A stretch of 48,610 nt of DNA from Methanosarcinales archaeon (GTDB lineage: Archaea; Halobacteriota; Methanosarcinia; Methanosarcinales; Methanocomedenaceae), in contig JACUTQ010000002.1 of NCBI GenBank assembly GCA_014859725.1, positions 1 through 48,610 of the forward strand, written 5' to 3'. Positions within the stretch are counted from its first letter, which is position 1. Each line of letters starts with the position of its first letter. Below the pieces are notes generated by a model. It had not been told where the DNA came from, did no database searches, and saw nothing but the letters and a program-made list of their open reading frames with translations. Made by a program: the position numbers and the translations under genes. Below are positions 30,894-40,778 of the stretch, piece after piece.

Positions 30894-32393
30894 TTACCTC
30901 CTTGTCATCAGTTTACTGATATCATCGCTAGTAATAATCCCAACTACTATATTTTTGTTATTAATAACAGGCAGGGCACTGATATTATGCTGCTCGAGCT
31001 TACGTGCTGTAGTTTCTATAGGTTCAGTGATATCAGCAGTGATCACTGTCCTTGTCATGATATCATCCAATTTATCCCGTTTATTCTGCGCTACTGCTTT
31101 TGCCACGTCCCATGCTGTAATTATGCCCACCAGTTTATCTTCATCTGACACCACTGGCAAGTGGTTGAAATTGCCTTCCATTATGACTTTAGCTGCATCT
31201 TCTACTGTAAGTCCCTGTTTGATGGTGGTGACCCTTGAAGCCATTACATCGGCTACGGTGGGCTGTTCCTTGATCTGCTTCATGGGTTTGGATACACCCT
31301 CGTTTGGCAACCTTTCAACAGGCAGAGTTGGATAAAATAACCCCTTCCGGATAGATTCCTTTAATTCCAGGGCAATACCCCTGGCCTCATGGAAGCTTGA
31401 CATGGGTGATGTGGTCACTTCATTACCGTTAATGTCGATCATCCCCGACTTCAGTTCTTCGTATGTCACCTGTCGCAATACGGGACGACTTCTCCTTGCT
31501 ACGCCGTAATCAAGTACATTTGTAGTAATGTTTGCGTCGGTGACTGCTGTGGCTTTTGCAATATCGGCATTCAATATGGGTATAGGTATGCCGATGCCCA
31601 CATACAGCGATACTCCGTATTTATGGAAGGTTGCGCCCCTGACATATTTCTTGTTCATCTTCTTCAGGTCACCCTGAACCATGAGCGTCCCGAAATTGTT
31701 AGATGGGTCATGCTGTGTCCCCTCCCCTGTGATATACCCCTGAGCCCCGCACAGGAATATCCTGGTACCTACACCAATAGTCTGGTAGGTTGGATCATTG
31801 AATATGGGTGAGAGTACGCCAGCTGCCGAATATGTAGCATTTCCATTGTTGGGCAGCAGGGTTCCCATATAAGTATAAAGTGTTCTATCAGAACAATTGG
31901 TAGCAACATTATATTTTTGATAAGCATTCCTGGGATTCATCATCACTGCCTGGTTAATGTCATCAATAGTGACAGTGGTATCCAATACTTTTCTGGGATA
32001 ACAGTCGGTCCCGTGCGCTGTAGCATGGATATCCACAGACTTACCACAAACCAGGTCCTCAATGACATGGGCTCCTCCGTATTCCATACCCCTTGTCTCG
32101 CTCATCTGGGTGGCTCCGATATAAGCATCCACTGCTGCCAGGCCGCTATATGCTTCAACATCGTTAAGCCAGACCTTCTGCATCTTGATGGGTGGGTCAG
32201 AGTGTCCGAAATTCAACCATGCACCAGAAGAGCACATAGCTCCAAAGGTGCCTGTAGTAACAATATCAACTTCCCTGGCTGCGCCTTCTGGCCCCAGTTC
32301 TGCCACGATATGTGGCATCTCTTCGGCTGTAACCACATGGACGCTGCCGTCTGCGATTCTTGCATTAATATCCTGTATAGTTTTTTCTCCCAT
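30894..32393 (-). CDS. L-aspartate semialdehyde sulfurtransferase (MA1821-like, DUF39 plus CBS pair)
   Basis: VDIVTTGTFGAMCSSGA, NPRNAYQ and GEGTQH motifs; two C-terminal CBS domains. Confidence 0.92.
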   Translation of the reverse strand: MGEKTIQDINARIADGSVHVVTAEEMPHIVAELGPEGAAREVDIVTTGTFGAMCSSGAWLNFGHSDPPIKMQKVWLNDVEAYSGLAAVDAYIGATQMSETRGMEYGGAHVIEDLVCGKSVDIHATAHGTDCYPRKVLDTTVTIDDINQAVMMNPRNAYQKYNVATNCSDRTLYTYMGTLLPNNGNATYSAAGVLSPIFNDPTYQTIGVGTRIFLCGAQGYITGEGTQHDPSNNFGTLMVQGDLKKMNKKYVRGATFHKYGVSLYVGIGIPIPILNADIAKATAVTDANITTNVLDYGVARRSRPVLRQVTYEELKSGMIDINGNEVTTSPMSSFHEARGIALELKESIRKGLFYPTLPVERLPNEGVSKPMKQIKEQPTVADVMASRVTTIKQGLTVEDAAKVIMEGNFNHLPVVSDEDKLVGIITAWDVAKAVAQNKRDKLDDIMTRTVITADITEPIETTARKLEQHNISALPVINNKNIVVGIITSDDISKLMTRR

Positions 32394-32622
32394 GGCAATC
32401 ACACATGATGTAATAAATGTGCATCATATATATTACTTATGGTAATATGTGTGGGGAAATTAATGTAACTATTTTATTCACCAACACCCGCAACCCACGC
32501 ATTCCGTATTATATTATAATAAACATCACATCAGGAGAAGATAACCTTCTCTTCGGATTGCTATTTCATGAGAAAATACTCGCAGAAGCTCGCATTTATA
32601 AATATGAAACTTGGAATATTAT

Positions 32623-34518
32623 TTAGGCACGTTTTAGTTGTAATGGTGATATATTATCACCATATTTCTCCTGTGCTGCAATCAGTCTTTGCTTTTGCTT
32701 TTCCAGCACCTCAAATAATGTCTGTGGTGTATCAGCTACTTTTGTTTTGTAGAACTCCTGCACTCGATCGATCTTGGCTAAATTTTCCGGTACACGCACA
32801 GAGAATTGCTTAATGTAATCCTCTTTTGAATAGTCTTTATTAAGCACTTCCAGGAACAGCTTATTAAGGTCCTCATATTTTGGTATGAACCCGGTGGGCG
32901 TTTCTATTGCCTCAACTTCGTTATGCGAACGCAGTTCCATCCATTTAAGCCACACAGCCTTATCTGTTTTATCATTTGTGAACTTCCCTTCCCTGTCTTT
33001 AAGGAAATAATTAACAGAGTATATTGACGGTGAATTATTCAATTTAGCACCAAAATCCAGATGACTCTCTATGTATCTTCCAATAGGTATAGACAGGAAA
33101 TCCAGGTTTGACATTGGATTGATTTTTCTAACACCTTCTTTTCCCAGTGTAGCAGCAGTAGTTTCTGATTCCAGTGCAGCACCCATAGTGATAACACCAT
33201 GTACCCAATCAAAAGATTCCTCAACAGGCACTTTTGTGTCCGAATCACGTCCACCGTATATTATCCCACCTACCAGCACACCTTCAGGATCATTGAGTTT
33301 TGGATCCACATTATCCAATAATTGCATATCAAGTGTGAACCTGGCATTCGGATGTGAAGTCGTTATTAAATTACCGTTTTCGTCTTTCTTTCCAGGTGTC
33401 CATTCCCCTGCATAATTGAACCCTTTTTCAGGCTCTTCACCATCTTTGCCTATCCAGTGGACGTCTTTCTCTTCTGTGACAAGTATATTGGAGAATATTA
33501 CCTCACCCGGGTTGTGAAGCGCTTTCCAGATCAGGGGGTCGTCTACTGAGTTTACGCCCTGAATTATCCCGAACATACCGTTCTCGGGATTGACTGCATG
33601 TATTACGCCATCCATATTCCTGAGGTAGGCTATATCATCACCAACAATCGACTCTCCGGGCAGCATGGAAGTAGATGTTTTTCCGCAGAGCGAAGGAAAC
33701 GCACCAGTAAAATAGGTTACCCTTTCGGATGGCCCATGCACACCCATGATGAACATATGCTCTGTGAGCCAGCCTTCTTTTGAGGCTCTTTTTATCGCAG
33801 GGCGCATAGCTAACTTTTTAAGCCCTAATGTATTCCCGCCATATTGTGTATTCGTACTAAATACAATCTCGTCTTCAAGATCAATATAAACCCGGCGTTC
33901 ATCAATGTTCTTGGAAGTCTTTCTCTCATCCAGCTCTCCTGCTGAATGTACAAACTTTAAAAAACGTGCCGATCGCCCCAATCTTACGAACTCTTCGTAT
34001 CCCTGCCTATATAACTGATCCTCTGAGTGCGCAACATAACCTGAATCGGTAATTTGAACTGCGGGTATGGAGAATTGTGAATTGAGTGGTCCCAGACAAA
34101 AGAAACGTATGAACAGCTGGTTCCCCTGCATTATGTCTTTTAAATTCTGGCGAATTTCCTTAAGCCCCTCCTCTCGGTCCATAGCATTTATATTTTGTCC
34201 TAATTCAACACCCTGCGGCAAAAGGTACTTAGAATTATCCTTATCCCTGGCCTGATCATGATAACCGTCAAAATGATAAGTATGACCTTCTACTGCAAGC
34301 TCCATTTCCTCTCCTGCTTTGATCGTCTCCTGCCTGACATACAGGATATCCTCAGGTGAATCTGTGCAGACAAATATTTTCTCAGGGTTGCAAAGCTCAA
34401 TATATTTTGCAATAAATTGATATAGATTAGGATTATCTATTTTAATGAGTTTCTGGTAATTTCCCTCACCTAACCTTGCTTTTAACATCTCCAATGTTCC
34501 ATTATCCGTCGTATTCAT
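32623..34518 (-). CDS. pckG: Phosphoenolpyruvate carboxykinase (GTP)
   Basis: YGGNTLGLKK, WLTEHM, GAFPSLCGKTS, VGDDIAY and HPNARFT motifs. Confidence 0.95.
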   Translation of the reverse strand: MNTTDNGTLEMLKARLGEGNYQKLIKIDNPNLYQFIAKYIELCNPEKIFVCTDSPEDILYVRQETIKAGEEMELAVEGHTYHFDGYHDQARDKDNSKYLLPQGVELGQNINAMDREEGLKEIRQNLKDIMQGNQLFIRFFCLGPLNSQFSIPAVQITDSGYVAHSEDQLYRQGYEEFVRLGRSARFLKFVHSAGELDERKTSKNIDERRVYIDLEDEIVFSTNTQYGGNTLGLKKLAMRPAIKRASKEGWLTEHMFIMGVHGPSERVTYFTGAFPSLCGKTSTSMLPGESIVGDDIAYLRNMDGVIHAVNPENGMFGIIQGVNSVDDPLIWKALHNPGEVIFSNILVTEEKDVHWIGKDGEEPEKGFNYAGEWTPGKKDENGNLITTSHPNARFTLDMQLLDNVDPKLNDPEGVLVGGIIYGGRDSDTKVPVEESFDWVHGVITMGAALESETTAATLGKEGVRKINPMSNLDFLSIPIGRYIESHLDFGAKLNNSPSIYSVNYFLKDREGKFTNDKTDKAVWLKWMELRSHNEVEAIETPTGFIPKYEDLNKLFLEVLNKDYSKEDYIKQFSVRVPENLAKIDRVQEFYKTKVADTPQTLFEVLEKQKQRLIAAQEKYGDNISPLQLKRA

Positions 34519-34597
34519 GTTCCAAAACCATTCATACTCATCGTTATTAAATATATCGTTGAAGGTTGTCCAACCTATCCCCTGTGACTAATGTATT

Positions 34598-34966
34598 TTA
34601 TTCAGTAAGAATATTAAGCATAGATATGATCTTAATACCAGATCCAGTTAAATAATATATCTGAAAATTACCATCACGACGGGAATCCACTATCCCGGCG
34701 TCTTTTAATAATTTAAGATGGTATGAAAGAGCAGGATATTTATAATCAGTAATTTCCACCAATACACAAACACACAGGTCACATAGTTCCAGAGCTTTTA
34801 GGATTCGAATCCTTACAGGATCGGATAAGACCTTAAATAATGATGAAATCTGGTCCATATCTTCTTGCATCACATTTTTGACTTTATTTTCCAGATCATG
34901 TGAGAGTTGGTACGGGATGGTGCATTCACTGTTTTCTTCAAATATTCTCATAGGTGTTTCAGGCAT
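34598..34966 (-). CDS. ArsR/SmtB family transcriptional regulator
   Basis: FKVLSDPVRIRIL, LCVC and LSYHLKLLKDAGIV motifs. Confidence 0.92.
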   Translation of the reverse strand: MPETPMRIFEENSECTIPYQLSHDLENKVKNVMQEDMDQISSLFKVLSDPVRIRILKALELCDLCVCVLVEITDYKYPALSYHLKLLKDAGIVDSRRDGNFQIYYLTGSGIKIISMLNILTE

Positions 34967-34983
34967 GATCGTAAACTTGTTAT

Positions 34984-35727
34984 CTATGTTAAGTTGTAAA
35001 TAATCTTTGCAGCCATTATCAGGAGGACAATGCCCAATATTTTCAGAATCGTTTTTGATTCTACATGAGAAACCATAATCCTGGACCCTATCTGTGCACC
35101 GACAAATGCTGCAATCCCTGTATATACCATAATATCGGAATCAATATTGCCTATTCCAACATGGCCTAACAATCCCGAAAGAGACGTGAAAAAAACAAAA
35201 ACGGCAGAGGTCGCTGAAGCGGTCTTTGCTTTAAATCCAATCAATAAAAGTAAAGGTATGGCAAACACGCCGCCGCCAAGGCCCAATAGACCGGCCGCAA
35301 AACCGATAACCATTCCGGAAATTCCTGCTATTAGAATGGTTTTGTTAGTAGAGGTGGGGGTCATTAATTTTGGTTTAAATGGTAGGAACATCCTTATGCC
35401 AGCTATTGTAAGAACAACTGCAAACAGGGCCAGAATGATATTATCGTTCAAGAATTGGTATGTATATGCCCCTAAGGGTGCAAATAACACTGATGTTATT
35501 ATCAATGGAGATGCGAAGCCCAAAGCGATCATTTTCTCTTTATAATATGTCACAGAAGCCGAACCGGCTGTGATGCAATTGAGCAGCAAAGCCGTGGGTA
35601 TGGCAATTTCAAAAGGAATTCCAAGCCAGTAGAACAAGGGCACATAAATTATTGCACCCCCCAGACCTACAATGGAAAATACAATAGAAACAAAAAAAAC
35701 GATCAGTAATATTATTATAAATTCCAT
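34984..35727 (-). CDS. TauE/SafE (TSUP) family transporter
   Basis: Twofold GLGGA..VP / GLLGLGGG..IP repeat; hydrophobic throughout. Confidence 0.9.
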   Translation of the reverse strand: MEFIIILLIVFFVSIVFSIVGLGGAIIYVPLFYWLGIPFEIAIPTALLLNCITAGSASVTYYKEKMIALGFASPLIITSVLFAPLGAYTYQFLNDNIILALFAVVLTIAGIRMFLPFKPKLMTPTSTNKTILIAGISGMVIGFAAGLLGLGGGVFAIPLLLLIGFKAKTASATSAVFVFFTSLSGLLGHVGIGNIDSDIMVYTGIAAFVGAQIGSRIMVSHVESKTILKILGIVLLIMAAKIIYNLT

Positions 35728-35751
35728 AGGTCAGGATTAATAAAGCGGTTT

Positions 35752-35936
35752 CTAGGCTAGCATTATTTCTTTAAATTTTTCGGCGGGAATATCCATTTCC
35801 ACAAACAACGCATTCAGCAGTGCAATGACGCAAGATTAACTCCGCTGCGGGTTGTGACAAGCGAGGCTTCAACTCCCCCAATAGTCTTAAAACTGATCAC
35901 CAGTTCTGTTAAACTTGATATGAGGTCTTGTGCCAT
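35752..35936 (-). pseudogene. Roadblock/LC7 domain gene remnant (internal deletion, frame broken)
   Basis: ATG 35936 gives MAQDLISSLTELVISFKTIGGVEASLVTTRSGVNLAS; another frame gives ALLNALFVEMDIPAEKFKEIMLA*. These resemble both ends of a roadblock domain with the middle missing. Not in the ORF track. Confidence 0.6.
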
Positions 35937-36132
35937 AGATAAAACCCATTATACCTTTTTACAGGCATTTTTGATAATTATGAATTTATCTTTGCTCATA
36001 AATTAAACACAATATAAGGTTACCGATGTTATTATATACATTATTATTATTATAAAGATATATTCTTATTTAAATACCTTTAAATTGATGTGGAATATAA
36101 TTCAATAGAATAACAATGAGGGGAAAATAACA

Positions 36133-37755
36133 TTGGCAAGAGATTCGATCGGAGTAATTTTCGGGAAAACCGGAACACATGAATTTAGTTTTGCTGTGCC
36201 TGATAGCAGCCTGGTAAAACGTACTGATTATGTGAAAGTATGGCATGAGAATGAAGGCTGGACATTGGCACAAGTTATATCAATGACAAGCAGCAGTGAA
36301 GATTTTAAGCTAAATCAGGCTTCCGAAGCAGCCGGAGGCGCAAATGTTGAAAGTCCTGAAAGCAAACTTGTGGCTGAAGCTTCAGTAATTGGAAGCCGGA
36401 GCAAGGATGGATTATTAAGAGCGCCACGTACTCCATTTTCTCCCGGGGATAAGGTGTTTGCAGCAGATCATGACCTGATACGCTCGACCCTTGGATTGTC
36501 GCACGGTGATATTTATATCGGGTTATTGGAAGGGCAGGGTATTAAGGTATATCTTGGCATGGACAACCTGATACAGAAACATTGCAGTATCCTTGCAAAG
36601 ACGGGCAGCGGGAAATCATATACTGCCAGCGTGATACTTGAGGAATTGCTTGAGAGAAAGGTTCCGCTGCTTATCATTGATCCCCACGGAGAGTATGGGT
36701 CACTGAAGGAACCGGGCTCATTTGACCAGAAAGCTTTTTATGAAAAATACGGAGTATCGCCGAAAGGATATGAGTCAGTTATCACTGTATATACTCCGGC
36801 AAATAAAGTACTGAACCCGGATGCTGATGAATTATTCAGGCTGGATGGCAAAAATATGGCTCCAAAGGACCTTATGCAGATCCTTCCTGATGAGAAATCC
36901 AGTAATCAGCAGGGACTGCTGTATGAAGCTATTACTAAGATCAAGGCCGAGCAGGAATCTTATGATCTTGAAGATATTATTTTTGAAGTGGGGAATAATA
37001 AGAGCAAGATGAAATGGAATGTGATCTCATCCCTGGAATCTTTGCGGGAAGCCGATATCTTATCAGACCAACCCACTACTATCAGTGAGCTGTTTGTCCC
37101 GGGTCGGGCTGCCATTATCGATATGAAAGGTGTTGAGCCAAAACTGCAGAATATGATGGTTGCAAAGCTGTGCACTGACCTATTCGAGGCAAGGAAATTG
37201 GGGCAGATCCCGGCCGGAATGCTGGTGGTGGAAGAGGCCCATAATTTCTGTCCTGAAAGGGGATTTGATAAGACCGCAAGTACTGAGATCCTGCGAACCA
37301 TCGCATCAGAGGGCCGGAAATTCGGTTTGGGCCTGCTGGTGATCAGCCAGAGGCCGGCCAGGGTGGATAAGAACGTTCTGAGCCAGTGCAATACCCAGGT
37401 GATAATGAAGATGACCAATCCTAACGATCTGAAGGCAATCAGCAAGGGTCTGGAAGGTATCAGCAGTGAGGTGGAGGAGGAATTGAAACGCCTGCCGCCC
37501 GGGGTGGCAATGCTTGTCTCTAATGATATTGAGCATCCGGTACTTGTGGATATCAGAGTGAGAAAGAGCAAGCACGGCGGGGAAGCAGGGAAGATGGTAA
37601 AACCGATACCTATCCAGGAAGAGTTATCTGCAGAGGAGCCAAAACGGCAGGTTATTAAACCTGATATGCAGCCAGTGAATGTGCCTCCCAGAAAGGAACC
37701 TCAGAAGTCGGAAGGAAGCAGTCTGTTTAGAAAGGTGTTCGGTTCCGGGAAATAA
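36133..37755 (+). CDS. HerA-like ATPase (HAS barrel plus DUF87)
   Basis: HCSILAKTGSGKS, IIDPHGEY, VVEEAHNF and EGRKFGLGLLVISQRPA motifs. Confidence 0.9.
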   Translation: MARDSIGVIFGKTGTHEFSFAVPDSSLVKRTDYVKVWHENEGWTLAQVISMTSSSEDFKLNQASEAAGGANVESPESKLVAEASVIGSRSKDGLLRAPRTPFSPGDKVFAADHDLIRSTLGLSHGDIYIGLLEGQGIKVYLGMDNLIQKHCSILAKTGSGKSYTASVILEELLERKVPLLIIDPHGEYGSLKEPGSFDQKAFYEKYGVSPKGYESVITVYTPANKVLNPDADELFRLDGKNMAPKDLMQILPDEKSSNQQGLLYEAITKIKAEQESYDLEDIIFEVGNNKSKMKWNVISSLESLREADILSDQPTTISELFVPGRAAIIDMKGVEPKLQNMMVAKLCTDLFEARKLGQIPAGMLVVEEAHNFCPERGFDKTASTEILRTIASEGRKFGLGLLVISQRPARVDKNVLSQCNTQVIMKMTNPNDLKAISKGLEGISSEVEEELKRLPPGVAMLVSNDIEHPVLVDIRVRKSKHGGEAGKMVKPIPIQEELSAEEPKRQVIKPDMQPVNVPPRKEPQKSEGSSLFRKVFGSGK

Positions 37756-37758
37756 TAT

Positions 37759-39000
37759 TTATTTTTTTGAACGATACCGGGCCGCAGCCTCTTTCAAAGC
37801 TTCGATACCAGGCAGTTTCTCTCCTGCCAGAAAATCGATACACGCCCCGCCGCCCGTGGATACATGGTCCAACCTTGAATCCATACCCAGCTGTTGCACT
37901 ACTGCAGCGCTATGGCCGCCCCCGATCACACTGAACCCCGCCCGGGTGGCTGCCTGCATCAATTCCACCGTGCCTAAAGCGAAAGCATCCTTCTCGAACA
38001 TTCCAGCCGGGCCGTTCATGATAACTGTCCCTGCGGCCTTGATCTCTTCTGAGAATGCCACAATGGTCTCCAGTCCTATGTCCAGGATGGGCAGGCCAGA
38101 ATTATGGTTCTTATTAATCACATCGATGTATTCCTCAATACGTTCATTATTCTTATCCAGAGCCACATCAATGGGAAGTCCGATCTTATCATTGAATCTT
38201 TTCAGGAGCTTTTTGGCGATTTTTATCTGGTCAAAATAACCCTGTGACTGAATGAATTCCAAATTAGTTTTGCCGATATCCACACCTTTGGCTGCGAGGA
38301 AAACATTGGCTACTACTCCTGTCAGCAGTACCCTGTTAGCATTATTATTTGCCAATACAAATTCCGTGACCTTTAATGAATCATCCACCTTAGTGCCTCC
38401 CAGCACAAATATTGTGGGTCCGTCACTGTCATGTTCTCCCCTGCTCAAAGATGTGATCTCCTTATCCATCAACCTGCCCACCAGGCTAGGAAGAGTCCAT
38501 GTAAATCCCATAATAGACAGGTGCGAGCGGTGAGAGACACCAAATGCATCATTCATATAAAAATCCATAAAAGGGGATAAACGCTTTACCATATGAGACG
38601 AGGCATGTTCCTGGGCTGACCGTTTCAAACTCTCTTCAGAAAAGAACCTGACATTCTCCAGCATAAGAATGTCTCCCTTCTTAAGTTTCTTTATCTCTGA
38701 AATGGCATTAGAGCCGAAAATATCATCTACATATGTTATGTCCCTGTCCAGAAGTCGTGACAATTGCTTTGCATGGGGTTCCATTGTAGTAAAATCACTT
38801 TTACCTGGCCGGCTTTGGTGGCTCATAAGTACCAGCTTTGACTCCTCCAGTTCCTTTACTGTAGTAAGAGAACTCCTGAACCGTTTATCATCAAGTATCC
38901 CGTTTTCAGGACCCATGGGCGAATTTAAGTCCAGCCTGCAAAGAACTGTTTTTCCCGAAAGATCAAAATCATCAATAGTAAGGTAATCTCTGGTTGACAA
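37759..39000 (-). CDS. pgk: Phosphoglycerate kinase
   Basis: RLDLNSP, SHQSRPG, LENVRF, NDAFGVSHR and HVSTGGGA motifs. Confidence 0.97.
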   Translation of the reverse strand: MSTRDYLTIDDFDLSGKTVLCRLDLNSPMGPENGILDDKRFRSSLTTVKELEESKLVLMSHQSRPGKSDFTTMEPHAKQLSRLLDRDITYVDDIFGSNAISEIKKLKKGDILMLENVRFFSEESLKRSAQEHASSHMVKRLSPFMDFYMNDAFGVSHRSHLSIMGFTWTLPSLVGRLMDKEITSLSRGEHDSDGPTIFVLGGTKVDDSLKVTEFVLANNNANRVLLTGVVANVFLAAKGVDIGKTNLEFIQSQGYFDQIKIAKKLLKRFNDKIGLPIDVALDKNNERIEEYIDVINKNHNSGLPILDIGLETIVAFSEEIKAAGTVIMNGPAGMFEKDAFALGTVELMQAATRAGFSVIGGGHSAAVVQQLGMDSRLDHVSTGGGACIDFLAGEKLPGIEALKEAAARYRSKK

Positions 39001-39081
39001 ATATTATACCTCGATTCATTTACCTGGAAAGTGAATTATACAGTAAGGTAATTTAATCTTTCTATATTTGATAAAATTTTC

Positions 39082-39190
39082 AAAAAAAAGCTTGAAATAA
39101 GTAAATTCCAGCAATTCGGAATGTCGAGCAGAAAAAGAGAGGTTAGGGAGGGGGGGGTTAGTAATAAAAGACTCCAATCCTGCTCGACAA
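39082..39190 (-). ncRNA. Candidate small RNA or pgk leader with closing stem and C/U-rich loop
   Basis: 10-bp inverted repeat TGTCGAGCAG (39122-39131)/CTGCTCGACA (39180-39189); minus-strand TTTATA box at 39212-39217; T8 run at 39082-39089. Confidence 0.45.
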
Positions 39191-39339
39191 ATATTATTAT
39201 TAACATATAAGTATAAATACCTTCCCATAATATGATGGTGATGATGGATAACCAATAATATATTAAGAAGAATATACCCCATTAAAACATTTATATGCCA
39301 CAACCACATATTAACCCCCTAAAAGAGGATTATCCAATA

Positions 39340-40221
39340 ATGGTAATAGCAAGAGAACTGATCTTAATTGAAGCTCTTCCTTACATCAGGGAGTTCCATG
39401 ATTCCATCATGGTGATCAAAGTAGGGGGTCATGCAATGGTTGACCCTAAAATCATGGAAGATATAGTCAAGGATGTTGTACTCCTGCGTTATGTTGGCAT
39501 CCATCCCATTATTGTCCACGGTGGCGGGCCTGAGATAACCCAAAAAATGGAGACTATGGGCAAGAAAAGCGAGTTTGTGGCAGGACTTCGGATCACTGAT
39601 GACGAAACGTTAGAGATTGCCCGAATGGTACTTGTAGGAAACATCAATACTAGAATTGTATCCCTGATCGGGCTGAATGGAGGAAAAGGTCTGGGCCTCT
39701 CTGGAAAGGACGGAAAGCTCATAATGGCCAGGAAGAAAGCCCTTCAACGAATTACCTATGAGGGAAAAGAACATGAAGTTGACCTGGGTTGGGTTGGTGA
39801 CGTTGAGTTCATAAATCCCGAGATACTCATGATGGCATCAGGAAAAGGATATATTCCAGTCGTAGCACCCATCGCTGTTGATGAGAAAGGTAACAGTTTG
39901 AATATCAATGCAGATACAGTAGCTGGTGATATTGCAGTTGCTATGAGGGCCAAGAAACTCATACTCATGACTGATGTGCCTGGTGTGCTTCAAAAAACGG
40001 GTGATGAGTCAAGCCGAATCTCCCGCATTCAGATTGACACAATTGATGACTTGATACAGGAGGGCATTATTTCCGGTGGTATGATACCCAAAGTCAGGTC
40101 TGCAGCACATGGTGTTAAACGTGGAGTTGAGAAAGTACATATAATAGACGGCAGCAAATCCCACAGCATACTGCTGGAATTGTTTACTGATTTGGGCATT
40201 GGGACAATGATCTACCATTGA
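39340..40221 (+). CDS. argB: Acetylglutamate kinase
   Basis: LIEALPYI, VIKVGGHAM, VHGGGPEI, NINADT and GGMIPKV motifs. Confidence 0.96.
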   Translation: MVIARELILIEALPYIREFHDSIMVIKVGGHAMVDPKIMEDIVKDVVLLRYVGIHPIIVHGGGPEITQKMETMGKKSEFVAGLRITDDETLEIARMVLVGNINTRIVSLIGLNGGKGLGLSGKDGKLIMARKKALQRITYEGKEHEVDLGWVGDVEFINPEILMMASGKGYIPVVAPIAVDEKGNSLNINADTVAGDIAVAMRAKKLILMTDVPGVLQKTGDESSRISRIQIDTIDDLIQEGIISGGMIPKVRSAAHGVKRGVEKVHIIDGSKSHSILLELFTDLGIGTMIYH

Positions 40222-40310
40222 TCAAAAATAAAATCTCTTCTTTGAAAGAGTTAAACATATAAAGTATACGAAGTCTATAAAGTCAAACCTCATTATCAGG
40301 AGATTTATTA

Positions 40311-40751
40311 TTGAGTAAGAAAAAGCAACCTGCTAAGAAAGGATTCCTCGAAAGGGCCAGAGCAGCAGCCTCTCAGCAGCAGGCAACAGCAGAACGTGGA
40401 AAGACTAAAAAGCAGAAGCAGGAAGTAGTAGTATCAGAACCAGTCCCGGTTGTTGATAAGACCCCGGAAGAAAAAAAGAAAAATTATATAAATGGTATTA
40501 TAAAGACAATTGTACCAGCCTTGATAGGGACGTTAGCTGGTTTATTCTGTTTTTACCAACTAAAGGACGGTACCGAATTTCCATGGATTTCCATAATGCT
40601 TCTGGTCATCATTTCCTCGTATTATGCTCAACGGATCATCTACCCGTTAATAAAGATCGATGTCAAAGAATTTGGGACTAAAGACTGGTTGTATGTGGAA
40701 TTCATTACAGTTGATTTTTGGTTAGTGGTCTGGACATTATTACTTAATTAA
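40311..40751 (+). CDS. Small 3-TM membrane protein (archaeal EMC6-like)
   Basis: Basic N-terminus, three TM helices, C-terminal FGTKDWLYVEF...WTLLLN; directly upstream of rli. Confidence 0.65.
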   Translation: MSKKKQPAKKGFLERARAAASQQQATAERGKTKKQKQEVVVSEPVPVVDKTPEEKKKNYINGIIKTIVPALIGTLAGLFCFYQLKDGTEFPWISIMLLVIISSYYAQRIIYPLIKIDVKEFGTKDWLYVEFITVDFWLVVWTLLLN

Positions 40752-40778
40752 CCAAAACAATATTTTTCAGGTGAAATC

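Noticed and set aside
39016..39309. 97-aa minus-strand ORF with a His run
   Set aside because: AT-rich intergenic low-complexity translation with no motif or SD; promoter elements and the candidate sRNA explain the region better.
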